Assembly (NCBI GenBank): GCA_038231275.1
Contig: JBBRLQ010000001.1
Location: forward strand, 448,001 to 512,000
From: Polyangiales bacterium
GTDB taxonomy: Bacteria > Myxococcota_A > Polyangia > Polyangiales > Polyangiaceae
Reading direction: 5' to 3'
DNA length: 64,000 nt
Shown here piece by piece: positions 29,182 to 39,024 of the stretch. Below the pieces are notes generated by a model. That model ran no database searches and was not told the DNA's origin. It saw only the letters and a program-made list of their open reading frames with translations. Position 1 is the stretch's first letter, and each line of letters begins with the position of its first letter. A program made the position numbers and the translations under genes.

Positions 29182-30327
29182 TTAACAATAGCCTGTCTTC
29201 TTTCCGACAGCCCGTCGGAATTGCGTCCGCTTTCGTGTGCAATTCCAGCGCCGCAGACACCACAGGAGCATGCCGAGCGCGAAGGGTTGATACGGAACAG
29301 ATGAATAGCGCACGACGGCGCAGCCGTGCGTGGACGGCGTGCTCGGTGAGGTGTTCGCGTCCGGAGCGGCGTCGGCGGCGCCCGCGTCGGCCGGAAGCGT
29401 CGTCCACGCCGGGCTCGGATACGCGCCGCGTTGCGCCGCTTCCACACCGACGCCGGCGATGAACGAACGCCACCCGTCGAAGCGCGTGTAGACGCCGCCA
29501 ATGCAACTCTTGCCGTCGACGCTCACGCCGCCCCGCGAGAGCGCGCCGAGGACGACGAAGCTCCCCGCCGTGAACGCCGCTTGCTCGAACGCGCCGCCGC
29601 CGCTGTCGCCGTCGCACGTCGCATCGCCCACCAGAAACTCTCCGGCGCTCCCTGCGAACGCGAGCTTCGGATCGCAATCGATCGCCGTGTCGCCGGGGAT
29701 GCATTGGATGGCGACGCCGGTGCGGATGTGCCGTGTGCCTTCTGTGTTCGTCCCCGGCTGCGTGATGCCGTAGCCGATCGCCGTCTCCGCGAGGCTCGGG
29801 TAATGCGCGCGATCGGTGAGCGGGTAGGCGATGGCGGGGGTGGCGGGCGTCGCCTCGGTGCTCGCGACCGTGTCCTGAAGGATGAGGAGCGCGAGGTCGG
29901 CGCCGCAGAGTGACGTCGTCTCTGGCGTTCGGATCGCCGCGACGCGGTGCCAGCCGGTGGTGGCCTGGTAGAGATCCTTGCTCGTCGTCACGTAGTACTG
30001 GTCCGCGGACGTGTAGCGATGGCCGCTCCACGTCGCCGTCGCGCAATCGGTTTGCGACGTCGAGTCGTCCACGCAGTGTCGCGCGGTCACGACCAGGTTC
30101 GGCGCGATGAGCGTGCCGGAGCAAACGAGCTGGCACTGCCCGGGTCCCGCCGCGACCCCGCAGACGCCGACCGCGAAGGGATGCGCGGCGTCGACGTCTC
30201 CTCCTTGAATCGCGCTGGCAGCGCTTCCGACGCGCTCGTCGATCGGGTCACCGCGCCCGCAGCCGGGGATCGTCGCCGCGCCAAAAATCGCAGCGATCGC
30301 CAACGCGGCCGTGACCCCTCGTCGCAT
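29182..30327 (-). CDS. Trypsin-like S1 serine protease, lipoprotein, possible degenerate MYXO-CTERM tail
   Basis: IQGG, CSGTLIAPNLVVTARHC, DLALL, CDGDSGG; tail GCA..LGMLLWCLRR. Confidence 0.9.
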   Translation of the reverse strand: MRRGVTAALAIAAIFGAATIPGCGRGDPIDERVGSAASAIQGGDVDAAHPFAVGVCGVAAGPGQCQLVCSGTLIAPNLVVTARHCVDDSTSQTDCATATWSGHRYTSADQYYVTTSKDLYQATTGWHRVAAIRTPETTSLCGADLALLILQDTVASTEATPATPAIAYPLTDRAHYPSLAETAIGYGITQPGTNTEGTRHIRTGVAIQCIPGDTAIDCDPKLAFAGSAGEFLVGDATCDGDSGGGAFEQAAFTAGSFVVLGALSRGGVSVDGKSCIGGVYTRFDGWRSFIAGVGVEAAQRGAYPSPAWTTLPADAGAADAAPDANTSPSTPSTHGCAVVRYSSVPYQPFALGMLLWCLRRWNCTRKRTQFRRAVGKKTGYC

Positions 30328-30447
30328 CCTCCACCTCACTCTAGCCGAATTCGATCCGAGGTCCCGTGACGCCCCGACGGTGAGGAACTTGGCCCCACCC
30401 GCGGCGCTGTGGCTTTTGTCGACCCTGGGAAACCGGAGGCGATCATC

Positions 30448-31275
30448 ATGAGGAACCGAGGACTCGTCGTTGCCGCGCATGCGGCCGTGTTGCTGTTGGG
30501 CCTGAGCGCGCGTGCGTACGCGCAGGACGCGCAAGCGACCGGCTCCGTGTCGACGTCGACGCCGCCGGTGGTCACGTCGACCGGCACCGCGCCCGCCGGC
30601 GCCGCGGTCGTCAAGATCGACGACAACACCCCCGATCACGAGCGCTTCATCGGGCGCTTCGCCGTCGGCTACTTCGGCGTGTCGCAGCTGCCGATCGCGA
30701 ACGTCACCAACGGCGCGAACGGCCTCGGCATCGCGCAGGGCAACGTCTCGGCGCCAGTCATCGGCGTTCGCTACTGGCTGAGTCGCATGATCGGCATCGA
30801 CGGCGGCCTCGGCCTCGGCGTCGCCGGCGGCTCTAGCGAGACCGTGAACGGCGGCACCACGACGACCACCGACAAACCGAGCGCGTTCGGAATGGTGCTC
30901 CACGGCGGCGTGCCCATCGCCCTCACGCACGGCAAGCACTACTCGTTCCTCGCGATCCCGGAGTTCAACATCGGCTTCACGAACGGGACGATCAAGGCGA
31001 CCAACGCCCCGGACATCGATCTCTCGGGCTTCCGGTTCGACCTCGGCGCTCGCGTCGGGGCCGAGATCCACTTCGGCTTCATCGGTCTCCCGGAGCTCTC
31101 GCTCGAAGGCAGCGTCGGCCTCGCCTTCCACCGCGTCGCCTACAAGGCGAAGACCACGCCGGCCAACGGTGCGACGGTCAGCGCGTCGGACGGGACGACG
31201 ACGTTCAGCACGAACGTCCAGAGCGACCCCTGGGCGCTCTTCGTCAACAACATCGCCGCGTTCTACTACTTCTGA
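30448..31275 (+). CDS. Outer-membrane beta-barrel protein
   Basis: Signal peptide AYA-Q, alternating beta strands, terminal AFYYF; GGAGG RBS. Confidence 0.75.
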   Translation: MRNRGLVVAAHAAVLLLGLSARAYAQDAQATGSVSTSTPPVVTSTGTAPAGAAVVKIDDNTPDHERFIGRFAVGYFGVSQLPIANVTNGANGLGIAQGNVSAPVIGVRYWLSRMIGIDGGLGLGVAGGSSETVNGGTTTTTDKPSAFGMVLHGGVPIALTHGKHYSFLAIPEFNIGFTNGTIKATNAPDIDLSGFRFDLGARVGAEIHFGFIGLPELSLEGSVGLAFHRVAYKAKTTPANGATVSASDGTTTFSTNVQSDPWALFVNNIAAFYYF

Positions 31276-31312
31276 TCCACGCGCTATACTGAGAACGGTG
31301 GAGGAGAAGACC

Positions 31313-31849
31313 ATGGCGCGTTCTGCGTTCCTCGTTTGTCTGCCGGTCCTGGCGGCGTCCGTGGTCTTCGCCTCGGCGTGCGGCGGGGGGTCGTCGGGCC
31401 CGGTGCCCTCGACCACCACCGAGAGCCCCGAAAAAGCCGGCTCGGGCGGTCGAGAGCCGGCTCCCGGAGGACGCGAAGGCGCTGGCAATCCCGAATCTCC
31501 GCCCGCGTCGCAAGACCCGGCTCCGCCGTCGCAAGATCCCTCGGGCTCGGGCGGCGGTGGAACAACGGTCACCGGCGCGTGCGTGAGGTGCGACGTCGTC
31601 TACTTGTGCAACGGCACGTCGAGCGGGCAGCCCATCAAGGACCTGAAGCTCTCGCTCACGACGAAGAACGGCGCCTGCGTCCTCGGCGACCAGCAGACCA
31701 CGGTCATCATCACGTGCACCGGTAAGGTGACCGACAACGGGCAGCCCGCGGGCACCTGGCGGGGCAACGGCGATGGATTTTCGTACGCGAGCAACGGCGT
31801 GACGCTCGACTGCCAACCCGCTCCGGTCGCTCAGCCCGGCATCAAGTGA
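31313..31849 (+). CDS. Hypothetical lipoprotein
   Basis: Lipobox ASAC, strong RBS GGAGGAG, TATACT upstream, Cys-containing C-terminal domain. Confidence 0.75.
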   Translation: MARSAFLVCLPVLAASVVFASACGGGSSGPVPSTTTESPEKAGSGGREPAPGGREGAGNPESPPASQDPAPPSQDPSGSGGGGTTVTGACVRCDVVYLCNGTSSGQPIKDLKLSLTTKNGACVLGDQQTTVIITCTGKVTDNGQPAGTWRGNGDGFSYASNGVTLDCQPAPVAQPGIK

Positions 31850-31856
31850 TCCGCTG

Positions 31857-32615
31857 ATGCGCTTCGCCCGCGTCATGCTCGATGGCGAGCCGACGTACGC
31901 GCGCCTCGAAGGAGACCGCGCGCATCCACTGGCGCGTTCGCCGTGGATCTCGCGCGTCGAGGTCGGACCCGCGCGTCCCTTCGACGCGAAGGATCTCGTG
32001 TGCCCGGTGCGGCCGTCGAAGATCATTTGCATCGGTCGAAACTACGCGGCGCACGCGAAGGAGCTCGGCAACGAGCCACCGAAGGAGCCGCTCCTGTTCT
32101 TCAAGCCGCCGAGCGCGCTCATCGGGCCCGGCGACGCGATCGTCCTGCCGCCGAAATCGGACAGCGAGAAGATCGAGCACGAGGCGGAGCTCGGTGTCGT
32201 CGTGGGCGCGCGTGGCCGCAACGTCGCGGCGGCCGACGCGATGAGCCTCGTCTTCGGCTACACGTGCGTCGGCGACATCACCGCGCGCGATCTCCAGAAG
32301 AAGGACGGCCAGTGGACGCGCGCGAAGGGCTTCGACACCTTCTGCCCGACCGGCCCGTGGATCGAGACCGAGCTCGATCCGGCGAAGAGCCGCGTCATCT
32401 GCCGCGTGAACGGCAAGGTGCGGCAAGACGCGCCGACGAGCGACATGCTCTTCGACGTGGCGACGCTCCTCGCTTACGCCAGCCGCGTGATGACGCTCGA
32501 GCCTGGCGACCTCTTGGTGACCGGGACACCGGAGGGCGTGGGGCCGCTCATCTCCGGGGACGCTCTCGCGATCGAGGTGGCCGGCGTCGGCGTCCTCGAC
32601 GTTCGCGTCGCATGA
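31857..32615 (+). CDS. Fumarylacetoacetate hydrolase family protein
   Basis: KIICIGRNYAAH, EHEAEL, DITARDLQ, AKGFDTFCP, TGTPEGVG. Confidence 0.95.
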   Translation: MRFARVMLDGEPTYARLEGDRAHPLARSPWISRVEVGPARPFDAKDLVCPVRPSKIICIGRNYAAHAKELGNEPPKEPLLFFKPPSALIGPGDAIVLPPKSDSEKIEHEAELGVVVGARGRNVAAADAMSLVFGYTCVGDITARDLQKKDGQWTRAKGFDTFCPTGPWIETELDPAKSRVICRVNGKVRQDAPTSDMLFDVATLLAYASRVMTLEPGDLLVTGTPEGVGPLISGDALAIEVAGVGVLDVRVA

Positions 32616-33433
32616 ACCTGCGCGTGACCGTCGCGGCCGCGCTCGTCGTCGCGGCCGCGGTGGGGGGACTCTGGCTCTTGTCGCGAACGCGGGCCGGGGA
32701 CAATTATGTGCAGTGTGCAAATGGCTTCGTCCGCCGCGGCGCGAGGTGCTTGCCCGAGCACGGTTGCCCTGCGCCGCTCGCGTCCACGCCGCGCGGCTGC
32801 GACGCGCCCCTCGTCCGCGTGCCGGTGCCCGCCACCGAGCTCGTCGTCGGACCGAGTGATTGGGAGGCCGAGGGGCGCGTCGTGCCGCGCACGATCAACG
32901 TGCGCGCCTTCGAGCTCGACGCGTTCGAGGTCACGGTCGGCGCCATCGACCCGCGGGCCACGACCGATTTGGCGCGAGCGGCGAGCGGCATGACGCGCGC
33001 GACGGCCGAAGAGTTCTGCCGCACGGCCCGCGGCGGGCGGCTCCCGACCGACGACGAATGGCTGGCCGCGGCCGCCGGCGCGATCGCCTGGAGGTATCCG
33101 TGGGGGAACACGGGCGCGGTGTGCCGGCGCGCGGCGTGGGGTCTAAGCGTCGGCCCCTGCGCGACCGGAGGCCTCGAGCCCGACACCGTCGGCACGCACC
33201 CCGAAGGCGACACGCCGTCGCACATCCATGATCTGGCAGGAAACGTGGCCGAATGGGTGGCCGGCACCGCGGTCGTCTCGGAGGGCCGACGCTTCGCCTA
33301 TGCGCGCGGCGGCTCCTATGCGAGCGCGCTCGCGACCGACCTGCGCACATGGAGCTGGCTCGAGCTCGACCCCGCACTCGCCGATGCCCGCGTCGGCTTT
33401 CGCTGCGCCTACGATCCGCCCGCGCCCCACTGA
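32612..33433 (+). CDS. FGE-sulfatase/SUMF1 domain membrane-anchored protein
   Basis: EVT, RLPTDDEW, YPWG, DLAGNVAEW, RGGSY, GFRC. Confidence 0.9.
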   Translation: MNLRVTVAAALVVAAAVGGLWLLSRTRAGDNYVQCANGFVRRGARCLPEHGCPAPLASTPRGCDAPLVRVPVPATELVVGPSDWEAEGRVVPRTINVRAFELDAFEVTVGAIDPRATTDLARAASGMTRATAEEFCRTARGGRLPTDDEWLAAAAGAIAWRYPWGNTGAVCRRAAWGLSVGPCATGGLEPDTVGTHPEGDTPSHIHDLAGNVAEWVAGTAVVSEGRRFAYARGGSYASALATDLRTWSWLELDPALADARVGFRCAYDPPAPH

Positions 33434-33496
33434 CCGCGCGAGGGGTCAGCCGATCGGGCTTGATTTCGGTCCTGGAGTGCTAGGATGGGCGGTCCT

Positions 33497-34729
33497 ATGA
33501 CGTGCGCGGTTCTGTGCATCGGGACCGAGCTCACCCGGGGGGAGCTCGTCAACACCAACTCGGCCTGGCTCGCGTCGGCGCTCACCGACGAAGGCTTCGA
33601 GGTCATCGAGGACGTCGTCGTCGACGACGATCGCACGCGCATCGTCGCGACGCTCCAGCGCCTCGCCAAATCCGTGCGGCTGCTCGTGTGCACGGGAGGC
33701 CTCGGCCCGACGACCGACGATCTCACGACCGAGGCCGTCGCTACCGCGATCGGCGCGCGTCTCGTCCGTGACGACGCGTCGCTCGAGGCGATCCGCCGCC
33801 GCTTCGAGAAGGCCGGCCGCACGATGACGGAGTCCAACGCCAAACAGGCCGAATTCCCCGAGGGCGCCGAGATCCTGCCGAACCCCGTCGGCACCGCGCC
33901 CGGCTTCTCCGTGACGATCGGCGAGTGCCGCGCCTTCTTCATGCCCGGCGTCCCGCGGGAGATGACGAGGATGTTCGACGAGCAAATCATCCCGCGCGTC
34001 CGCTCGCTCGCTCCGCGCACCAGCTACCAGCTGCGCCTCCGCACGTTCGGCCTCCCCGAGAGCGCAGTCGGCGAGCGCCTCACCGGGATCGAATCCGCGT
34101 TTCCAGGGGTCACCGTCGGCTACCGCGCGCACTTTCCCGAGATCGAAGTGAAGGTCCTCGCGCGCGCCCCCGCCCAAGCCGCCGCGCGCGATCTATGCGA
34201 GCGCGCGACCGTGGTGGTGAAGGGACGGCTCGCCGACGTCATCTACGGCGAGGGCGAGGACACGTTCGCCGGCGTCCTCGGCCGGCAGCTCCGCACGAAG
34301 GGCTACACGCTCGCGATCGCGGAGTCGTGCACCGGGGGCCTCGTCGGCCACATGCTCACGCGCGAGCCGGGCGCGAGCGATTTCCTGCTCGTCGACGCGG
34401 TCACCTACGCGAACAGCGCCAAGACGCGCATCCTCGGCGTCGAAGAAGACGCGCTGCGCGGGCACGGCGCGGTCAGCCCCGAGGTCGCCGCCGCGATGGC
34501 CGAGGGCGTCAAGCGCGTCTCCGGCGCCGACATCGCCCTCGCGCTCACCGGCGTCGCGGGCCCCACCGGCGGCAGCGCGGAGAAGCCGGTCGGTACCGTC
34601 TTCGTCGCGGTCGCGGCGGCGGGCGCCACCACCGTCAAGGAGCGACACTTCGCCGGCGATCGGCACCAGATACAGACCCTCGCGGCGTACGCGGGCCTGC
34701 ACCTGGTGCGTCAGGTCTGCCTTTCCTGA
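33497..34729 (+). CDS. cinA: Competence/damage-inducible protein A (CinA, with PncC-type domain)
   Basis: IGTEL..G..VNTN, GGLGPTTDD, GTAPG, PGVPREM, AESCTGG, HGAVS. Confidence 0.95.
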   Translation: MTCAVLCIGTELTRGELVNTNSAWLASALTDEGFEVIEDVVVDDDRTRIVATLQRLAKSVRLLVCTGGLGPTTDDLTTEAVATAIGARLVRDDASLEAIRRRFEKAGRTMTESNAKQAEFPEGAEILPNPVGTAPGFSVTIGECRAFFMPGVPREMTRMFDEQIIPRVRSLAPRTSYQLRLRTFGLPESAVGERLTGIESAFPGVTVGYRAHFPEIEVKVLARAPAQAAARDLCERATVVVKGRLADVIYGEGEDTFAGVLGRQLRTKGYTLAIAESCTGGLVGHMLTREPGASDFLLVDAVTYANSAKTRILGVEEDALRGHGAVSPEVAAAMAEGVKRVSGADIALALTGVAGPTGGSAEKPVGTVFVAVAAAGATTVKERHFAGDRHQIQTLAAYAGLHLVRQVCLS

Positions 34730-34780
34730 TCGGAAGATGATCGGAAGATGATCGGAAGATGATCGGAAGATGATCGGAAG
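34727..34780 (+). repeat. 11-bp tandem repeat TGATCGGAAGA x4.9
   Basis: Perfect units at 34727, 34738, 34749, 34760 and a 10-nt unit at 34771; the first TGA is the cinA stop. Confidence 0.95.
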
Positions 34781-34797
34781 CGACCCGGCGGATCGTC

Positions 34798-35466
34798 TCA
34801 GCCCGCCGCAAACGCCGCGGTCAGCTTGCCAAGCGCGCCCGTCGCGAGCGCGGGGATCCCGGTGATCTTCTTCTGCGTGTCGGCGACCGACACGTTGATG
34901 TCGGCCTTCACCTTCTCGAGGTTGTCGAGATCGGCCTTCGCCTTCGCCTTGCCGTCGGCGCTGCCGAACGGGTTCGACATCGTGGCCGTCGCGCCCGTGC
35001 TCACCTTCGTCGCGAGCAGCGGCACTTTGGCCGTCACGACCGCGAGCCTCTTGGTGAGCGCCGCGACCTTGTCGGGCGTCGCCTTGAGGGCGATGACGAT
35101 CTCGTTCAGCTGCTTCAGCGTCGCCTCGAGCTCCGCCTTCGCTTCGGCGGTGACGTTGCCGTCCACCTTCACGTCGACCTTGCCGTTGTCGAAGGTGCCC
35201 TTCGCCATGCCCATCACCGCGCCGGCGCTCATGCCGAGGCGCTTCGGCATGCTCGTGAGCTTGTCGATGACGACCTGCGTGTCCTCGATCGGCTTCGTGA
35301 GCCCCTTTACATCGGCATCGAGATCGACCTGGATGCCCTTCAGCTCGTCCATCGGGCCGAGGTCGGCCTTCGTCGACTCCGCGCTCGAGGCCTCCTTGTT
35401 GCTGCCCCCGCACGCGATTCCCACCATCGACAGACCAAGCGCGATTCCCACCACGATAGAACGCAT
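34798..35466 (-). CDS. Alpha-helical lipoprotein
   Basis: Lipobox GIAC, RBS GAGGTGG, coiled-coil character. Confidence 0.78.
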   Translation of the reverse strand: MRSIVVGIALGLSMVGIACGGSNKEASSAESTKADLGPMDELKGIQVDLDADVKGLTKPIEDTQVVIDKLTSMPKRLGMSAGAVMGMAKGTFDNGKVDVKVDGNVTAEAKAELEATLKQLNEIVIALKATPDKVAALTKRLAVVTAKVPLLATKVSTGATATMSNPFGSADGKAKAKADLDNLEKVKADINVSVADTQKKITGIPALATGALGKLTAAFAAG

Positions 35467-35503
35467 ATTCCACCTCTCCAGGTTTTCGAGACGCACGCGC
35501 CAT

Positions 35504-35519
35504 CGCAAGGCACGTGCCC
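35504..35519 (-). promoter_or_regulatory. Candidate sigma54 promoter
   Basis: Minus strand GGGCACGTGCCTTGCG with GG-N10-GC spacing, about 40 nt upstream of the lipoprotein start. Confidence 0.6.
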
Positions 35520-35636
35520 CACGAAAACCGCACGAGAAACGCGCACCCTACAGCTCGACCATGGGTGTTGTGAGACCCAACTAGGCTGTTTTTTCGGGTC
35601 TCTCGTCGCTCTTTCGCGGCGCGGCCGACGAGGTCC

Positions 35637-36755
35637 TCAGCGAGTCTCGATCGCCGCCAGGCCGCCGGCGACGAACCGGTAGAAGGTTTTGTGATCGAAC
35701 CCAGTCCACGCACGCTTGGCGGCGGTGGTGTGGCCGACCTCGGCCAAGTGGTCGGCCGGCACGCAGCCCATGAAGCGCGCGCCGGGCAGGCCTTTCGCGC
35801 TCGCGACCGTCGCCATGCCGTCGTTCGGCTCGCCGGAGAAGAAGTGCCCGGTCACGTCGTGCGCGGCGTCGAGGATCACGTCGGTGGAGAACGCGCGGTT
35901 CTGGAACGCGAACGTCGCGCTTCCGCAGTCGACGGGCATCGCCTTCGTGATGCGCTCGGGATGGAAGGGATGAAGGACGACGTTGGGGTTCTCGCTCACG
36001 CCGGCCCACGCGAAGTACGCGACGTCCGGATCGGCGGGATGGGACGCGGCGAAGGCGTCGGCGTTCGCCTCCGAGAGATCGTGGAGCGCCGCCTCGACGT
36101 GCGGATCGGAGACCAGCTCCTCCTTCGTGAACGTCCTCCCGATCAGGCCGGCGAGCTTGTCGAGATCCGACACCGCGATCGCCTCGAGCGTCGGATGCTC
36201 CTTGAACGCGCCGATCATCGACAGGCCGAAGTCCGCGATGTTCGTCCCACGGTTCGGCGTCGATACGGTCGTGAGCGAGACGACGCGCGGCAATCCCTCG
36301 CGCGCCGCGGCGCTCGGCGGGTGCAGGCGAATGTACTCGCGCGCGTGCAGGCCCCCGAAGGAGTGCGCGATGACGTGAACGCCGCTCGCGTCGCAGCCGG
36401 CGATCGCCTCGCACTGCGCCTTCACGCGACGCAGCGTCGTCTCCATCGTCGCCGCGCGCGCCGCCGCGCCGTCGAAGGGCTGCACTTCGTCGGCCACCAC
36501 AAGCACGTGACCGGCCGCCGTGAGATCCGCGACGACGCCGTCGAACTTCCAAATGCTCGACGCCTCCGCCGACGCCGCGAAGCCGTGCTCGAGGACGATC
36601 GGGAACTTCGTGACGCCCGCGGGCACCTGCCCTTCGAACAGCGTCTTGGCCGCGGTCACCACCGCCTCGTCCCCCTGCTCGGCGTTGCCCGCAGGCGCAG
36701 CTCCGCAGGCGGCGGTCATGAGAAGAGGGAGGAGCGAGAGGAGGGAGCGGCGCAT
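35637..36755 (-). CDS. Lipase-like alpha/beta hydrolase lipoprotein
   Basis: Lipobox TAAC, PIVLEHG, AHSFGG nucleophile elbow, NDG, DHL. Confidence 0.9.
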   Translation of the reverse strand: MRRSLLSLLPLLMTAACGAAPAGNAEQGDEAVVTAAKTLFEGQVPAGVTKFPIVLEHGFAASAEASSIWKFDGVVADLTAAGHVLVVADEVQPFDGAAARAATMETTLRRVKAQCEAIAGCDASGVHVIAHSFGGLHAREYIRLHPPSAAAREGLPRVVSLTTVSTPNRGTNIADFGLSMIGAFKEHPTLEAIAVSDLDKLAGLIGRTFTKEELVSDPHVEAALHDLSEANADAFAASHPADPDVAYFAWAGVSENPNVVLHPFHPERITKAMPVDCGSATFAFQNRAFSTDVILDAAHDVTGHFFSGEPNDGMATVASAKGLPGARFMGCVPADHLAEVGHTTAAKRAWTGFDHKTFYRFVAGGLAAIETR

Positions 36756-36864
36756 GGCGCACATGTAAGCAAAGGTCGCACCTGCTCCAACTGATGGAAA
36801 TGACGCCACTACGTCGCGGCGAGGCGGATCTTTCCGGTGCGGTCGATCCAGGAGGCGCGCGGCG

Positions 36865-38241
36865 CTACGGGTTCTTCGCGACCTCCCGCGCCCACGCCTT
36901 CGCGGTCGCGCAGGTCCCGGCCGCCGTCGATTTGGCGGCGATCGTGGCCGGCCCCGCGACGATGACGAGCTCGCGTCCGTCGCGGTGCACGGCGAGCGGC
37001 CCGAGGTCGGCGCGTTCCACGCAGACGAATCCGCTCTCGCGCTTCGCGGTGCCGAGCTTGCCGAGCCCCGCGCCGACGGATTGGAACGCGCGCTCCGCCA
37101 GGGCGTCCTTCGTCGCGCCGGCGCTCGCGTCGTACCTCACATGCACGGCGATCGCGGTCTTCCCGCCGCCGGTCCAGATCGCGCCACGATCGCCGCCCCA
37201 TCCTGCGGCGGCCGACTTCGCCTCGTCGCGCATCATCCACTCCTCGAACATGAGGCGCATCTGCTGCTCGCCGTACGTGTCCTCGTCGACCATCGAAAAC
37301 CCCTGACCGAGCGCCGCCGCCGTCGGGCGTGCCACCGCGATCGCCGGCTCCTTCTTGAGCCACTTGTCCGGGTGGAGCATCTGCTCGGTCGTCTCCGGCA
37401 GGTGCTCCCACGCGTCGTTCACCGCCGCCCACCCGCCGGCGCGTCGCAGGCGGTTGATGAAGACGAGGCCATCGACGTACGGCGCCACAAGCGACGTTCG
37501 CATGATGTGGGGCGCACGCGCCGAGTCGCCGGTGTTCATCGAGCCGATCACCTGCTCGGTGAACACCTCCTCCGGCACGTCGAGCGCGGTCCGCGACGGA
37601 TCCATCTTCGAGACGATGTAGTCGGCCATCGCGCTCGTCGCGTCCCCTTCTGCCATCGCCGCGAGGGCGCCCGAGCGATCGCTCTCGCCCGGCTTGTACT
37701 TGCTGCGCTTCTTCAGATCCCAGTGCTGATCCTGAAGCGCGTGCACGAGCTCGTGCGCCAAGGTCGCCTCCGCGTTCATGCCGTCGAGATCGGAGGCCAT
37801 GTACATCGTGCCGTCCTCCGGCTCGTAGTACCCCGCGAGCTGCGACTCGAGCAGCGCGAACATCTCCTTGCCGTAGTCGAAGTCGTTCGGCACGAAGCCG
37901 AGGAGCTTGAGCGTCGCCCCCTCTCGCTCGATCGCCTCGGGCGGAATCTCCACGGAGACGTGCTGCTTCACGCGAAGGATGAGCTGATCGCGCGCGAGGA
38001 TCTTTCCCGGCACCTCGCGCGTCGCCGCCAAGCCACGAAGCTGCGTCACCCGCTCCAGCGTGCGCGCGACGAGCTTCAGCTGCTTCGCGTCGGCCCGAGT
38101 CGGCGTCGGAGTCGGCGTCGGAGTCGGAGTCGGCGTCGGCGTCGGAGTCGACGTCGGAGTCGGCGTCGGAGTCGACGTCGGAGTCGGAGTCGACGCACAC
38201 GCCGTGAGGAGCGCGGCCGCAAGCAGGAGCGCGCGGGTCAT
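36865..38241 (-). CDS. Zinc metallopeptidase-like lipoprotein with PT-repeat linker
   Basis: Lipobox LTAC, GYYEP, HELVHALQDQH, EGDAT, PY..G. Confidence 0.8.
   Translation of the reverse strand: MTRALLLAAALLTACASTPTPTSTPTPTPTSTPTPTPTPTPTPTPTPTRADAKQLKLVARTLERVTQLRGLAATREVPGKILARDQLILRVKQHVSVEIPPEAIEREGATLKLLGFVPNDFDYGKEMFALLESQLAGYYEPEDGTMYMASDLDGMNAEATLAHELVHALQDQHWDLKKRSKYKPGESDRSGALAAMAEGDATSAMADYIVSKMDPSRTALDVPEEVFTEQVIGSMNTGDSARAPHIMRTSLVAPYVDGLVFINRLRRAGGWAAVNDAWEHLPETTEQMLHPDKWLKKEPAIAVARPTAAALGQGFSMVDEDTYGEQQMRLMFEEWMMRDEAKSAAAGWGGDRGAIWTGGGKTAIAVHVRYDASAGATKDALAERAFQSVGAGLGKLGTAKRESGFVCVERADLGPLAVHRDGRELVIVAGPATIAAKSTAAGTCATAKAWAREVAKNP
38099..38194 (-). repeat. 6-bp coding tandem repeat encoding (PT/ST)n
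   Basis: Run of GTCGGA/GTCGGC/GTCGAC hexamers. Confidence 0.88.
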
Positions 38242-38927
38242 GTGCCGCCGCCTTCGCGCGCGCCTGCGTTACCTTCGGCGCGCAGCGACGCGATCGCCTC
38301 CGCGTAGCCCTTGGGGTGCGTGAAGATCGCGTTGCCTGCGACGAGCGCGCGGGCGCCGGCCTTGGTCGCGGCGCGGACGGTCTTGTCGCTGATGCCGCCG
38401 TCGATCTCGAGATCGATCGGGCGCTTCTCGGCGTCGATCATCGCGCGGATCTTGGTGACCTTCGGCAAGACCTCCGGCAAGAACGACTGCCCGCCGAATC
38501 CCGGGTTGACGCTCATCACGAGGATCAGGTCCACGAGGCCCATCACGTAGCGAAGCGTCTCCTCGCTCGTGCCTGGGTTGAGCACGACGCCCGCGCGTTT
38601 CTTGAGCGAGCGAATGTGCTGCAGCGTCCTGTGAAGATGCGTGCACGCCTCGACGTGGACCGTGATCGTGTCCGCGCCGGCGTCGGCGAACGCGTCGACG
38701 TATTTCTCGGGCTCGACGATCATGAGGTGCACGTCGAAGGGGAGCTTCGTCGCGCCGCGGATCGCCTTCACGATCGGAGGTCCAATCGTGAGGTTGGGTA
38801 CGAAGCGTCCGTCCATCACGTCGACGTGGATCCAATCGGCGCCCGCCTTCTCGACCGCGGCGATCTCCTCGCCGAGGCGCCCAAAATCCGCCGACAGGAT
38901 GCTCGGCGCGATGATCACGTCGCTCAC
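38238..38927 (-). CDS. rpe: Ribulose-phosphate 3-epimerase
   Basis: IAPSILSADF, HVDVMDG.FVPN, DVHLM, MSVNPGFGGQ, IDGG. Confidence 0.98.
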   Translation of the reverse strand: MSDVIIAPSILSADFGRLGEEIAAVEKAGADWIHVDVMDGRFVPNLTIGPPIVKAIRGATKLPFDVHLMIVEPEKYVDAFADAGADTITVHVEACTHLHRTLQHIRSLKKRAGVVLNPGTSEETLRYVMGLVDLILVMSVNPGFGGQSFLPEVLPKVTKIRAMIDAEKRPIDLEIDGGISDKTVRAATKAGARALVAGNAIFTHPKGYAEAIASLRAEGNAGAREGGGT

Positions 38928-39024
38928 TCTTGAAACCTCCGCGCGAGAGCGTGCGGGCCCTTCCCGCCGACGTCAAGAACACCCTAGGCCAAGCGACGAG
39001 AATCGGTATCCTGGGGTGAGAGCG

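Noticed and set aside
34727-34780. Possible CRISPR array
   Set aside because: 11-bp head-to-tail units with no spacers and no cas genes
38099-38194. PT and SGT coding repeats as phase-variation switches
   Set aside because: Unit lengths of 6 and 9 keep the frame; ordinary flexible linkers
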